Part shown: positions 49,801 to 62,980 of the stretch, piece by piece
Layout: every line of letters begins with the position of its first letter
Numbering within the stretch: the first letter of the stretch is position 1
DNA from: Lepidodermella squamata
Lineage: Eukaryota; Animalia; Gastrotricha
DNA length: 64,000 nt
Assembly: GCA_047495785.1 (NCBI GenBank)
Contig: JBLDXI010000028.1
Span: forward strand, 744,001 to 808,000
Direction: 5' to 3'
Position numbers and translations under genes: made by a program
The notes under the pieces: generated by a model
Seen by the model: only the letters and a program-made list of their open reading frames with translations
The model's database searches: none
Told to the model about the DNA's origin: nothing

Positions 49801-52800
49801 AAATCCTACTTTTTCAAGCCACACAGAATAAAAATTGGGCCAATTTACCTTGGAAATTCCAATTTATATTTTGAGAAGTAGAAAGAAACCGTTGTGAAAA
49901 GAAAATTGGGTTGGGCAAAATTTTGTCGAAAACTATAAGATTTCCGATTTACTAACAAGATGGAAAATTATGTCAATTGACTTTTCATGAATTTTGATGT
50001 TCGAATTTCAGATTTCTTTTGAGCGATTCTTCCCATCTATCTCATTTTGCGAATTCCGTCGGTTAGTGCAATGCTGATGTTAAAATGTGGAACATTGAGC
50101 CTAACCTATGCAAATCAAACCAAAGTGACTAGTCCGATAAATCACAGATTTCCAAGTTAGAATTATTCTACAATAAGAAATCATTAGAAAATTGAATCTC
50201 ATAAGAAATCATGAATTTAAAATGGGACATCTTATATGTGCGAAATATTGAAAAATTGACATGGCCATGCATGATGAAAATTAGTGAATCAATGAGTTGA
50301 AAAATGTTATGGCAGATATTATTTAAAAAGCAAATATCCATAAAACTGTGTGTTTTTCCAGTCTTCTTGCCTGCGTTATCTGGTCTACTCCATCGTTTAT
50401 TCGGCTAACTTTCGAGAGCGACATGCCCATAAGTTGCATCGAAGCCGCTTCGCGATTCGGTTTCGCTCCGATTAATACAAAAATCGAAAAAAAACTATTG
50501 AGAAAAATTCGAAAATATTTAATCTAAATTAAGAATTAAATTTCTCAAAAGACAAGAAATACAGAAAATGCCAAAAATGTATCCCAATGATGAAATAAAA
50601 GATTAATGTATCACCAATTTTTCGATATTGATAACTGCATTAAATTTTGAACTTTGGTTAGGTGCGTCTCTAAAACGAAAATCAAGCTAATAGAAGGCAT
50701 GGTTATAAAGTTTCCCAGGTGGTTTTTATATTGCAATGCAATTTTATTTGGGCACAATGTCCTCGTCATGGTCTATGTAAGCAGTAATCAAGTCCACTCG
50801 CCCGCATCGCGGCAAAGTAGAAAAATTATTTTTTGATTGCGTAAAGGGCCTATTAAAACAACAACACGTACCGGCGGCGATTTATAGCTGTACTTTCACC
50901 TAAAAGCCGGCAATGGACCGGTGATGCGACTAATAAAAAAATCGATCAAAAAATAATAATATTAAATAATAATATGATTAGCCACACGTGTTTAGAGCCG
51001 GCGGAAACGCCGGACGGAAAATTCACTGGACCGTGAACGAATAAGTGGAGTTCGAGTCGAGGAAAAAACGTGAAACAGCCATGTAGCACTCGGGCGGCCT
51101 AAATCAACAAGATGCTTATTTTTATTTATTATTAGTATTATTTGTTGTTGTTTCGCAAAATAATAACAAGATTCAGTTGTAGTAGTAGTAGTTGTGGTGG
51201 CGCCGGGCACAACACAAGCCGCGCAAAAATACTACTGCACGTTGCGAAATTGCCCGCCAGCGAAATTGCCGAATTATTGCTTTTTTCCGCACACCCATCA
51301 TTCGTTCGAACAAATAATAATAATAATATTATGGTAATAAATTGTAATTCCTGGATTATGATTGTGATGATGATGATGATGATGGTGGTGAAAAAACCCA
51401 AGTATTCGAATAAATAAGTAATAACAATAAACAATCCATGAGTACGAACGCAATATCAATGTCCCCGGAACAGGTGCTTCTCTGAATTAGAATAAACAAG
51501 CTCGAATGAAAAATTCGAAAATGTCGAAAAATTTGCTTTGGGTCCGCTCGCAATTACTAAAAAATTTGGAAAATGTAAAGGCCACGAGAAATCTGATTTG
51601 GATATTTTGAACCAAATTCTCAAAGCTGATGTAAAAATACGTTCAACTTTCCGCTTAAAAATGCAGCAAATTGAAATGGCCAGGGTTGAAATTTCAATTT
51701 CAAATTGGTAGGTACATCGATAGGGAAAATAATATGAAGAAAGGTATCGATTCAAATTGACCTTGAAAATTTAATTAACCCAAAATTCGTCTTTCGCCAG
51801 ATAAACAATAGGCATTTTGCGTCTACACGCAATTTGTGAGTGATACTAGAAACTGAAACGAAGACGCGGGATGACAGACATGTGAAAAAATATTATTTCA
51901 AGTGAAAAAAATCTTATTGACCCAAAATAATAAAAATCGAAAAACGGCGCATTACTTTGTCACATGTCGCGTGTCACAGTGCGGCTATTCCGTATATAAA
52001 TATAAATATATACACATACAAAAGGCGAAAAATTGGCCGGGAAATCGAGCATTAAAATATGCGAAAACGAAACGCCTATAAAATACGCAGTAGTAGCCCA
52101 GAGACAAACAAACAAACAAACAAAAACATAGTATATATGTGAGTGAAATAGAAACAGCAGGCATTTTTAGCCTCATTGACTGGGCGCGAGAATTTGTTAC
52201 AATAATATTGTAATGATGCTGTAATGTTATTTGTGCACTAAATAATTGAAAAAGCGAATATCAATGAACATCGCTGAAGTCCATATAGGACAGGACAACA
52301 CTTATACACTTCAGCTGATTATTGTAAAAATGGCAATATATCATATTTTCAAGTAGTAAAAATAGCATGCATCCTACTTAGGGTATAAATAAATCTAAAA
52401 TCAATCGGTCATTCTTAGAGAGAGAGAGCGAGCGAGACAAGCGATGTATAAAATAATTGTTTCGAACGAGCCGCGTGATTTTTTGATTGAAATGTCACGC
52501 GCTTATCCGGACGCAGGGCGAAAATGATAAACAATGCAAAAACAAAATAAAAATCACTCGAAAAATCGCTGATCAATACGAAAATCGAAAATTATCAAAG
52601 CATATTTGAACGCTTCTCTCGAAAAATGGGGAAAATATGAACAGAAACCAAAAATTTTCTGAATATTATTAAAAATTTTGTTTTCATCAAAAATTCCGGG
52701 AAAACGTCGTTCCGGCGAATTAAAAGCCAACTTGGTACCAGCTCTGTATCAAATATCTTTAGGTAGCTATTTTTCAAGAATCTCAAGTAGAACATTTCAC

Positions 52801-55800
52801 CGGTTGTGAAACCAAATTCATTTTTCGGGGGGATTTTATGATTTAAGCACAAATCCGTGCATGCGGCGATAAAATTATGCAAAAACAAAATATTTGAAAA
52901 ATGAAAGTAGGATAGAGTATGGGCCTAGAAATGTTTCGCAAATGGCAATTCTAGCGAAATGATGGGCCAAGAAAAAGTGAAAAATCTGGACAAACTCGGG
53001 AACAGCAAGCTGTAATATCATTTTAAATTTTCGTAAATTCAAGATGAAGTTAAAGGATAAATCTAGGTTACTAGTCCCTTGTAATCAAATTGATTTTTTG
53101 GGACATTTGATTGAAGAGCATGTTAGAACGGCTCTCAGGAAAAGTGTCAGCGCGATTATTGGGACAACATCGCCGAGCAAAACGATGGCATATAGTAGAG
53201 CAGGGCAAACAGTAATAAAACGGCCTAAAAGGGGCGCACTTGTGGCGCCGAAAATGGGCGCCGCAGTGTAATGGCCCTTGTTCCGAGTATTCTCGGCAGG
53301 CGGTTTACTTATTGTTGTACTATGTGTAGCATCAGCGGCAACAAGGGCCAGGCGAGTGCAATTAAACTAACTAAACTGACTAAAAAGCAATCTCAATTAA
53401 GCGTGTGCGCGCTCGTGCTGCATAGATGGGCAGGCTCGCAGGCCGCAAGTAGGTAGTAGAAAGACGGCCGGCCGTAGGTCCATCCGACCGGCTGACCGGT
53501 CAGGTACACGCAATAAAGGAGCCGAGTTTGCGCTGCTGGCTCGTGTGTACACGGCGCGTGCCTGTCTGTGTCAGAGCGCTGTTTCCGGCGCCATTGAATA
53601 AACACGTACACAAGAATCCTAGATGTTAGTCTAGATTCTAGTTGTAATTCGCTCACTTATCGCCCTTGTATATTGCACTTCGCTCACACGTGTTTTGCTA
53701 TTATATTAACACCACTACAACCACCACAACCACCTTGCCTACGAGCGTTTATAGGTATAACCAATCGACTCCGCGAGGGGCGTCAATAGCCTATTAAGGA
53801 ATTTCTGGCCAATAGGTTTAGGAAAACATTCTATCTCATGCCGAGTACGAGCCAATTCCACACATTAGTGATTGTTTTTCGTCTTTTCTTGCGATTTCGA
53901 GATCCAATTAATAACCGAATTCGACTCCTAAATATGCGAGATCTCACTTTCAAATCAAGCTGTTTAGGAGAAAATGACCCAAAATATATACGAAAGGTTT
54001 ATTTTTTCCCCGTGATAGAAATTATTATACGATTTCCGGTTGTGAGGAAGACGAAGGCAAGTAAAGTAGAATTGGTCACCCAGCTCTGATGTGCCCAAAA
54101 TTGCAAAGAAAATATTGGCATTTTCAGCAAAATAAAGGAATCGGTTAAACGTTGACACGGCTTGAGGCCTCCGATTTCATACGCCAATTATATGCCGAAA
54201 ATCGAATCTAAACAATTTTGGTGAGTGTGATTTTCGAACTTGAAAAAATTGAAAAAGATCGAAAAAAAAGAAAGTCTTAGAAATGAACGACGAATGAAAT
54301 AAAACTTGCAAAAGTCGCATGGTAAAATTGTATGAAATGCAAGATTTTACGATTTCTATACGAAGAAATTTTGGTAAAATATTATGTCTCCGAAAAAAAA
54401 TTAACATAATTGAAACACGAGAAAATGATATCAACTTCCTGCCGAATTCCTGAAGTAAACTAGCAGCAAAAACAACAAAATTCAAAATTTAGCACGTTTC
54501 TTCAAACACAAATGCACAAAGTACAAAAAATATGTAGGTATTTTGGCCAGAATTTGTATGGAAACCTCAAAGATGAAATTGAGTGAAGTCAAGCTGGACA
54601 AAATGGCACAACAAAATAAAAAAATAATAATCAGCTTATTTGGCCTCAATGTTATGGGTTGCGTTTAATCTCGAGATAACATGCAAAAAAATAATAAAAA
54701 AATTTAACAAAAAATAATAGACTCCGGTCACAACAATTCGAGCGCACTTGAGTGTTACAATTACAAGAAAAATTTAACCGACCGGAAAATTGAGACCTCA
54801 CATGCCGCTGTTGATTCATTCACAAATAATCAAGAACCGGCCGAACAACCAACACCTGCGTAGTTTATTGCAAGGCGGCAAAATCGTCGACAGCCGGCAG
54901 CCGCAACGGCGTCGATCCGATCGTCGAAATATACAAACATAACGAGTGCTAATCGCCGCGGATTTGATAAACTGTTATCTCTTTTTATCCGCAAACGCGT
55001 GTGAGCGCGCGTGTGTTGTGGAAAAAACAACAACAACATCATAAAAGTCTCATCTTCTCTTAGCGAAAAATTTGTAGCTGCCCGCCCGCTGCTGACCTGA
55101 GAGCTAACAGCGTCATAACAAGCTTAAGAAGCTTACACATGGAAAACAAAAGCAAACACCGCATTTCACCTATTAGACCACGCTCGCGCGCTCGTTCTCG
55201 TTCTCGCTCGAGCCTGTCATTGAAAAATTATATTGTGATGATTAGTTTTATTGTTGTTAATGTGTATTTATGCAGATGATGAAGCAAGTAGATAGAACGG
55301 ACCAACGCCAAGATGAAGAAGCTGCGGCTCAGGAAAAATTATAATTATTTACGTTATGCAAGCGCGAGTTACTTGGTGTGTTTGCTCTGGCAGCGAAAAG
55401 CCGTATTGACCGCGTTCGCGAGTATCATGCCACACTTCTCTGCGCAAAACTGTGCAGCGGAGATATCTCAACAATTAATCTCACAAGCCAGCCATTTTCA
55501 GCGGATTACAACGAGTGTTTTCGCAAAAAAGAGACACGCATTACACGCGAACCGAGTTAATTTTTCGCAAATATTCGTGAAAAGAAGCGATTTGCTTGAG
55601 CTGGACAACAAATTACCTAGTCAAGTGCTGTTTTGACGTGAGGAAAACGGCTTCTTAACCGCCATAGCTAACAAACAAGGCAGGTATAACCCAGTGCTCG
55701 CACCGAAAAAATTAAAGAGAGACGGGGAACGTGCCATCATAAAACACAAGATGCGCCGAGGCAGCTCATCAGGAGAAGCCACGTGTGAGGACCGACACGG

Positions 55801-55900
55801 GTGATTAACGCGATGCCAGCCAGTGATAAACACACAGGCTAATGCAAATAATTAGCATTTACGCGCACATGTTCGGTACCTCATTTTTGGTAGCGTGAAG
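46850..55900. promoter_or_regulatory. Large non-coding region upstream of Sidekick with interspersed CG-rich islands (putative enhancers or 5' UTR exons)
   Basis: About 11 kb without a credible CDS; CG-rich blocks near 46.9-47.9, 48.9-49.7, 50.8-51.4, 53.1-53.8 and 54.8-55.9 kb alternate with A/T-tract DNA. Confidence 0.4.
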
Positions 55901-57811
55901 CAGCAAATGTGTCAGCAATAATTTTGCACATTATTTGCAAAATCTTGGCCATGAACACAGATGTACAAAATTGGGAAATACAATTTCAGAAGTTATCATG
56001 CATTAGGCTGATATTAGTGAAATCCGGCTGCTTGCAGCAGGAAACCAATTTCTAGAACCACCATGCAGAAGCATGCGGCAGTACTAGTATGGCCATGCCT
56101 CGTGACAATACGGGCTAGCACACCTTACTTGAAAATATTTTTTACTTAAAATCCGACGTCCAAAGGTTGATACGATTATTATCAAGTATGATCGTTCATG
56201 TCTCCGCTCCGTGTCAGAAACTCGAAATCGAAGTCGTATTGGTTCCGCCAAGAAGGCATAAAGCTAAAACGCTTGAAGTAACACCAGTCAGTATTAGACA
56301 TTAGATTGCTCTTTCCAATCAAAAGGTAACACATGGCCAAAGCTAAATTACTGCATTAAAATGACAAGAGCTAATAAACAGCTTCCTATATGCCCTGTCC
56401 TTTGTCCCGCCACCAACTTCATGAGTGAAATTGAAGGTAATAAGTAAGAAGGTTCAAAAGAGGTTGAATGCGAAATGAGGGATGATATCTGCCGAGTATC
56501 TTCATTGCATCACTTTATTTACGCGTTGAATGTTGAATCCCCACTTGGGCAGTCAGCGGTCTTCCATCCGCCTCATGGTTACGCCGAGGTGAATTCGCTT
56601 TTCCAATTATTGTTTATTTTGGACAATCAAGAGAAAGAATTAGTGTTGTTAGCCTGATGTGCAAAGTGTACAGTAAAAAAATAAAAGATTCAGTATTCTG
56701 TTATAACAAAAATTGCAGTGGGTTGTCTCTAGGGATCTTCGGCATTTCGGGAGACCTGATCAATGGGTATATGGCAAATGGCGAAAGGCCGCCTTTCAGT
56801 TGTTGGCAGTTAGCAGCGCGAAATCGGAATTGAGGTGAGGTGACTTCGTCGAAGTGCATTGATCGCTTTTCAAATTTCCCGCAAAATCATCAAAATAAAA
56901 ATTTAAAGCTTCCTAATGATAGCTATCTTTTTCATTAAGCACCAATACCAATTAATAATGCACGTCAAGACCACACAATAAATTGTTTTGGCGCGCTCTG
57001 CACGCGCGCTGTTTCTTCTCTTTTCCCTGTTGCTGGTTCTTTTTTTCTGCTGCTTCCTTTTTCTCGTGCCGTGTCTTGGGTCTTGGGCTCTTCAATTTTG
57101 TGTTTTGGGCTTTGGTGGCGAAAGATAACTGCCAGTTAATCTCTATTTAGCAGCCGGTTAACGGTTAAGCAGTCTCTCGCATACAATAGTTCACACTCGT
57201 TCTTAGGTTTCGAGCAGAGTCACATCTCGTTTTAGAGTATTTTCAGACGTTTTAGGGCCCATACCTGGTTGAACATCCAAAAAATATCGACGTTGACATC
57301 TAAAATCTAAAGCTCGCATCGCTTGTGTAGATGCATTTAATTGGGTCTTCTCCGTTCAGGGGAAATCTTTGCCGCCCCTGCGTTTTATTGTTTAGCTCCC
57401 CATCCACCATCTAACTCTCGGATTCCAAGCCTTTTTTCATGTCAAGCCTGTGATACGAAAATATGGCCTAATGCGTCGTTGGATATGCTATATGGTTACA
57501 TTCAAGATCTTGTAGTTGGTTGCATTGCTTTTTGCAAAGTGAATGTACTAAAAGTTAATGTACTATTCAATTTTCTTGCAATGTGGCAGCTTTTTTGGGC
57601 TTTTTATTTTTCCCATGAATAAATGCTTTATTTAAATTTCTTGATGGACGTCTTTAAGTCCACAATGAAGAACCTGCCATTTTTAATCACTGACTGCTCT
57701 AGTCAGACAAAATTATTTCCCTTCCTCCTAAAAGCCATTTTTCGTATGCCATCTCGCTTCAATACTTACCGATATTCTTTGTTCTTTGTCTAGTTGGTTG
57801 TTAGACTATGG

Positions 57812-58348
57812 ATGGCTGACGTTAAATCTGGCGTATCTTCGCTGTCGTCATCGTCCTCCGGCCCTCCAGCAGCTCCACCCCCTGTAGGTCCACCTCGTCG
57901 CGGCCGCAGGCCAAGTGGTCTTGACGAGAAATCTCGGCTCGAGAGAAGTCGCAAGAGCGCTCGAGAATGTCGTGCTAGGAAAAAACTTCGGTACCAACAT
58001 CTCGAAGAGCTTATTGAAGCAAAGGAGCAAGCCGTTGTGATGCTTTACAATGAGCTGCGCCAGTACGAGCAGTTTTGCATGCACCTTGATCAAGGAGGCG
58101 CGCCACCACTGGCCTTACTCGAAAAGCTACATGCACAACGCGGCACGCTGGCCGTGCAGCGGATTGACCAGGCTCAATCGCAGCCAGGTTCTTCGGCTTC
58201 ATCCAGCTCAAATTCAAGCATGCAGCAGTCACAGCAACAGCCTACTCAGGTGGAAAAAATGACTTCGTCTTATCAAGAGATCAAACTCGAACCTATCAGA
58301 CCCGACGGGCTTTACGGTGTCGATTCATACCATAACAACGATATGTGA
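57812..58348 (+). CDS. CREBL2: CREB-like 2 (REPTOR-BP-type) bZIP factor
   Basis: RRGRRP..EKSRLERSRKSARECRARKKLRYQHLEELI..LYNEL..Y..FC..LDQG. Confidence 0.93.
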   Translation: MADVKSGVSSLSSSSSGPPAAPPPVGPPRRGRRPSGLDEKSRLERSRKSARECRARKKLRYQHLEELIEAKEQAVVMLYNELRQYEQFCMHLDQGGAPPLALLEKLHAQRGTLAVQRIDQAQSQPGSSASSSSNSSMQQSQQQPTQVEKMTSSYQEIKLEPIRPDGLYGVDSYHNNDM

Positions 58349-58588
58349 ACTATACATTGATAACTTTTTTTCAACAAATTCCCTTTGTTTTGACTAGTCT
58401 TAAGGATGCTTATGTAAGAAATCAATTTTCATATTTTTCTCATGATGTTTCATGGATTGCCTCAATTTTCAGAAATAATATTGTTACGTGTATTCACCTT
58501 GGTAGAAAGAAAGTGCATTTTTATATTTTGCGAACATGACGGAAAATAAAGATTGCTTGATGCAATTAGGTTATTTTTTTTTGGTTTG

Positions 58589-60979
58589 ATGGATGCGGAC
58601 CCGGTGAAAATGGAAGCGGCCGTAACCTCTGATCCGATCAGCTCGCCTGTTACGCAGGATAAGGTGAAAAAGCTGATAGCCGCCGAATTCCGAGCCATTT
58701 CCGAGGCGAAACGAGTTTTGAAAGCGCAAAGAGTTGTCAAGGTAATTTAATCCATCTGAACCTTTGAGCTGATTGAGAATATTTTAGTTACTTCCCAGTT
58801 TATGACAGACATGGCTCAGGAACGGCACAATATCGTCGAAAACGTGCAGTCACTTTACGATGAGAATGCTGTTGACGAAATTCCAGGCTTGGAAATGCTG
58901 GCGAGTATCAACAAGCATCCTGCAAAAACAGTGCGTAAATTTTTTTCCGGCCATATTTATCCTGAATTTATGTACGCTTCCATTATGCGGTAAAATTATT
59001 TCATCAGGATTTTTAAGGACTGATATTGTATGTAAATCCCTTGTTCACGGGTCTTTATTTCCCATAGGCCTTGATTTTTGTTGATCTTACTATAATTGCT
59101 TAATTTGTATTTCCTAATTAGTGCTCGGTTATTGACCACGTGAATCACCGCCATTCAGCGCCGCTGTTCCTCCTCTCGGCTGTTGCCGCGATTCCTAGTG
59201 TTCGAACGTGGTGCACCCTTCAAAAGAATCTCTTCATCGAGGACCAACGCGAACTGCCCTATCTGCCTTATTTCGAAAATGAAGACGGCGATTCGAGTAC
59301 GTTTCTCAGCGAATTGCTTGAGCAGCAATACGAAGGCCGGTTTCACACGACCCCGGTGTTAGCCTTGCCAGCTGAGCAGAATAAAGAGACCATGACCGAA
59401 TTCTTCCAAGGCCTATTAACAAAACACAAGTCAAAGTTGAATTTGGATACGCTGCCTCAGCTGATTTCTGAAACGCTGCCGCATCTGCAATGGAATGTAA
59501 CGCAGCTAACAGATCTCTTGAATCAAATCGTTCACTCGAAGCCTGAGTCAAATATGGAGAATGCAGTGTGCTTGCCGAATATCGACGGTCCAGATGCTGA
59601 GCAGTCGACCCCGGATCGCGCGTTGAATTCGTACATGATGCTATTTTGCCAGAGATGTTTTCGGTACGACTGCCATTTGCATCCGTACATGCCGCCGCCG
59701 ATGAGTTCCGAACGCACGAAACCCCCGCCGCAGTGCTCGCAAAATGACGTTCAAACGCCGTGCGGACCTCATTGCTACAAGGTAGGCAGCTAGAAACATT
59801 TTTCTTATTTGAAATATACGTGAATTCGTTTCTAAATCATCGGGTGATTTCGGCAACAGAAAATCTTCAGAGCCGGAAAATTTCCGAAGTTTGAAGCCGG
59901 TTAAGGCTAAAAAATTAGCAGAAAAATGCGTAAAATGTTGCACTTTTTCGAACGTTCGGTCGGCTTTCTCGTTGTATTCAATTCGGCATTCGCTTTCTCA
60001 GCATAACGCAGACGCTTTTTCATGAGATGGTCATGTACATACACCGAATTAAGATGTTGCACTTTTTCAAACGTTCGGTCGGCTTGCTCTTTGTATGTAA
60101 TCAACTGACAGCGCATTTCAGCCGTTCGCCTCTCGCTCAACTCGGCGCGATTCGTGGTGGCATCGCGCTCGCATGTTGAGCAGGGTTGAGACAACGCCAT
60201 GGCAAAATAAATTATGACCTCATAATGCAAAGGTTATTAGGCCTAGACAACTAACGGAGGAGTCAGTAGAACCATCTCTGGTTAACATTCGCGGACTGAA
60301 ATAAACAACCGCCCTGCTTTCAATGGTCGTATCCAAAAGCTGTACCGAAGGTTGAGCGTGATGATTACTAATAAAGTAATGCATAATATGGTATTTTGTA
60401 TTGGTGTAATTCAAGTAAATTGAGTAAATGGAAACACAAGTTTGATAAATCGGTTGGCTAATAGTGTAATCAATTTTTTGCATGACCGATGGTATCTATG
60501 TTGATAACATCAATCAAATTAATCCGTTTTCTCAATTTCCTCTTAGAGTAACAACCTGAACGGCGAAAAAAGCCCGTCTCCTGCGAAAAGTTTGCGCAAG
60601 CGCAATTCGAAAACAGCTCTATTAGATCAACCGGGGCAGAACTGGTCCAACGGCGAGTTGACAGCAATGCGAGTCATGGCTATGCACGTATTTGGGGCTG
60701 ACTATTGCAAATTAGCCACTGCCCTGTTCAAGCCCTGCTCTGAGGTCTACGAAGTCGCGACCAATGACAATTTGATCGGCTTCTTAGCGAAAAGTGCCAT
60801 GGATAAGGATACAAATGGCGAAACTTCGAACTCGGAGACGAATCAAAACGGCTCATCTTCGAACTTGGCAGCGAAACGGAAGGCGAATCAAAAGGCATCT
60901 GGGCGAGCTTGGTTGAAGAAATTATGGACAATGCAGAAGAAATCGCAGCAAAACGCGGAAAATCAGGAGAAAAGTCACG
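58589..60979 (+). CDS. EZH2: Enhancer of zeste homolog, 5' part (CXC and SET domains lie beyond the window). Exons 58589-58741, 58799-58930, 59122-59781, 60547-60979
   Basis: AVAAIPSVRTWCTLQKNLFIEDQRELPYLPY; CLPNIDGPDA..ALNSY..LFCQRCFRYDCHLHP; PCGPHCY; SANT2 WSNGE..YCKLA..KPCSEVYE; junctions in frame. Confidence 0.93.
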
Positions 60980-61975
60980 GTGAGTGTTTTACTTTGAATG
61001 ATAATTTTTCCAAGCTTGACGATGCAACCTAGACCTCAAAATTAGGCTTTAATGCAGCGCGTACTATAATTTGAGCTAAATACAATGAATACTCCCAGTC
61101 GCGTATATAATGTTGATTATTCATGGGTACTAGGGGCGGTGCCAGTTGCCATTGAGGGCAGTGCTTTTTTCTTGGACGAGCTGGTCGATCGATATCTGGT
61201 GCTTGAACGGTATTAGCGTAACGTATAGGTGAAAAATAAACAGATATTTAAAGTAGTGGCAAAGTAGCATAAAGTAGTATTTAAATAGCAGACCGATAGC
61301 AGAAGAGCAAGAGTATCAGTTGGCGCAGAGTATTTTTCCCGAAATCCTTTTCAGTTAGGAATAGTGGCGAATTGGTCAATAATGCTGTCAATGCATAATT
61401 TTTCAGCCAATCGGCCAATCGGAATTACCGTGTTTTATTGAAATATAGCAATGGTTATAATGTTATGCCAACTCATGCCAGATATCCTGAAAGATTCGTT
61501 TCATTGTCAACTCGGAAGTGTCATCTCCAAAATTCATGCTTACCACATCCAAGATTTATTCCTGGACGCAGACAAGCTGGGATTAGCCTGGAAAATAACG
61601 AAGATGAGGAATTTTTGTATTCCCTAAACTTCAGCTAAATTTGTGTAAGACAAATTGTATACTCATGTAAATTTTATCGAAATTCTGAACCTTCAACTTT
61701 CAACGGGCAAGGTTCTATCAAATATGTTCATCAGGAATCAATATTTTAAGGCGCCGGGATTTAGTTGAGAGTTGAATTTGTCCGATAATACGTTACAGCA
61801 GGTAATAAGTCATATGCATGCAATTCTGTTAGCTAGACTTTGATTTCCCGTCGGCCATCCTCTTGGCCGTTTCACTCAGCGAGGCCTGGGCTTTTTGGGC
61901 CCAATTGAGCTGGCCGCTGGCTGCGTTGCGGGCTGCTGAATAAAGTTCTTCGTTGTGATTTGCTACACCCAATTA

Positions 61976-62479
61976 CAGTAGTTTTGCGTTAAGCCGGACT
62001 CGATCCGCGCCAGAAGATTTAGTCCGGCTTAATGCAAGTCCGCTTTATTGTAAGCCGGACTGGTCCGGTTTATAAAAAAAACAGTGCATTTCTTTACAAA
62101 TTATTCAAGAATATAAGCGCTATTAAGTAATGAGCTATTTAGGTGTGTAAAAAGTTCGATTATCGCGATGGAATTAAGGTTTTGCCAATATATCGACAAC
62201 TATTTTTCAATACTGCGATCATTTTTTCTATCAAAGCCACTCAAAAACAGCGTGAAGAGGGTGTTTCTGCGCCCTAGATGAAAATTATCCTGTAAGCCGG
62301 ACTTTTTTAAGTAAAATTCACTAAAAATAAGTCCGTTATAACGCAAGTCCGGCTTATGACAGTCCGGCTTATTGCAACCATTTGCATGTAAAACGCTAGT
62401 CCGCGGCACGAGCCAAGCAAAATGGTCCGGCTAAGCGCAAGTCCGGCTTATGATCGTCCGGCTTAACGCAAAACTACTG
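61976..62479. mobile_element. 504-bp Tc1/mariner-pogo-type MITE with 24-bp TIRs and a TA TSD
   Basis: TA|CAGTAGTTTTGCGTTAAGCCGGAC ... GTCCGGCTTAACGCAAAACTACTG|TA; several internal AAGCCGGAC/GTCCGGCTT sub-repeats. Confidence 0.92.
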
Positions 62480-62481
62480 TA

Positions 62482-62980
62482 TGTCATTGATATTGTTTAT
62501 GATGTTGGGGCGGGCGAGGCACACTGCTTGCTTTTTTTATCGCAATTGCGACCACATTTGAAGGTGAAGTAGATGAACTGCCCAGGAGGAGCAGACGGGC
62601 GTTCGATCGCCAGATTTCGCTGATGGTAGGCGGCGGGTCGGTGCGACGGATGTGGGTAGCGATGTGGTCGAATCGGCGGGGAAGTGATTCCAGTAAAACA
62701 AAGCGAAGTTGCCTTTCGTCCGGGTTATCGATAAGCCTCTCTCGCCCTTGGTCTCATTCATCGACTACGTTAGCTGAGTGAAGCGCCGAAGGTGCTCAGT
62801 CAGCTCAGAATTGGCAGTCCAGGTATGAAAGGGAACGCTTCAGCAACTGGTTTTCAGTGGCGTTCCACGTGCGATTGAAATGCGCCTTGAGCGCCAGCCA
62901 GATCTGACGAGGGTCGCGACTGGCGGCAAATTCCAGGTCCAGTGTCCAGTTGAGGCGAGATGTGCTCGACTATCATACCT
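62482..62980 (-). mobile_element. Decayed Ty1/copia gag remnant in an EZH2 intron
   Basis: Frameshifted minus-strand translation DPRQIWLALKAHF..ENQLLKR / SELTEHLRRFTQL / DERQLRFVLLESLPRRFDHIATHI follows the copia Gag (UBN2-type) pattern. Confidence 0.7.

Noticed and set aside
51360-52436. (GAT)n and (AG)n microsatellites
   Set aside because: Short ordinary simple repeats.
56100-56900. Coding-looking stretch upstream of CREBL2
   Set aside because: The frames examined are interrupted and no protein or ncRNA motif was recognised.
1-61000. Functional cluster of chromatin regulators (Med12, PHF20, EZH2)
   Set aside because: They are interspersed with unrelated genes, so co-location is not distinguishable from chance without synteny data.
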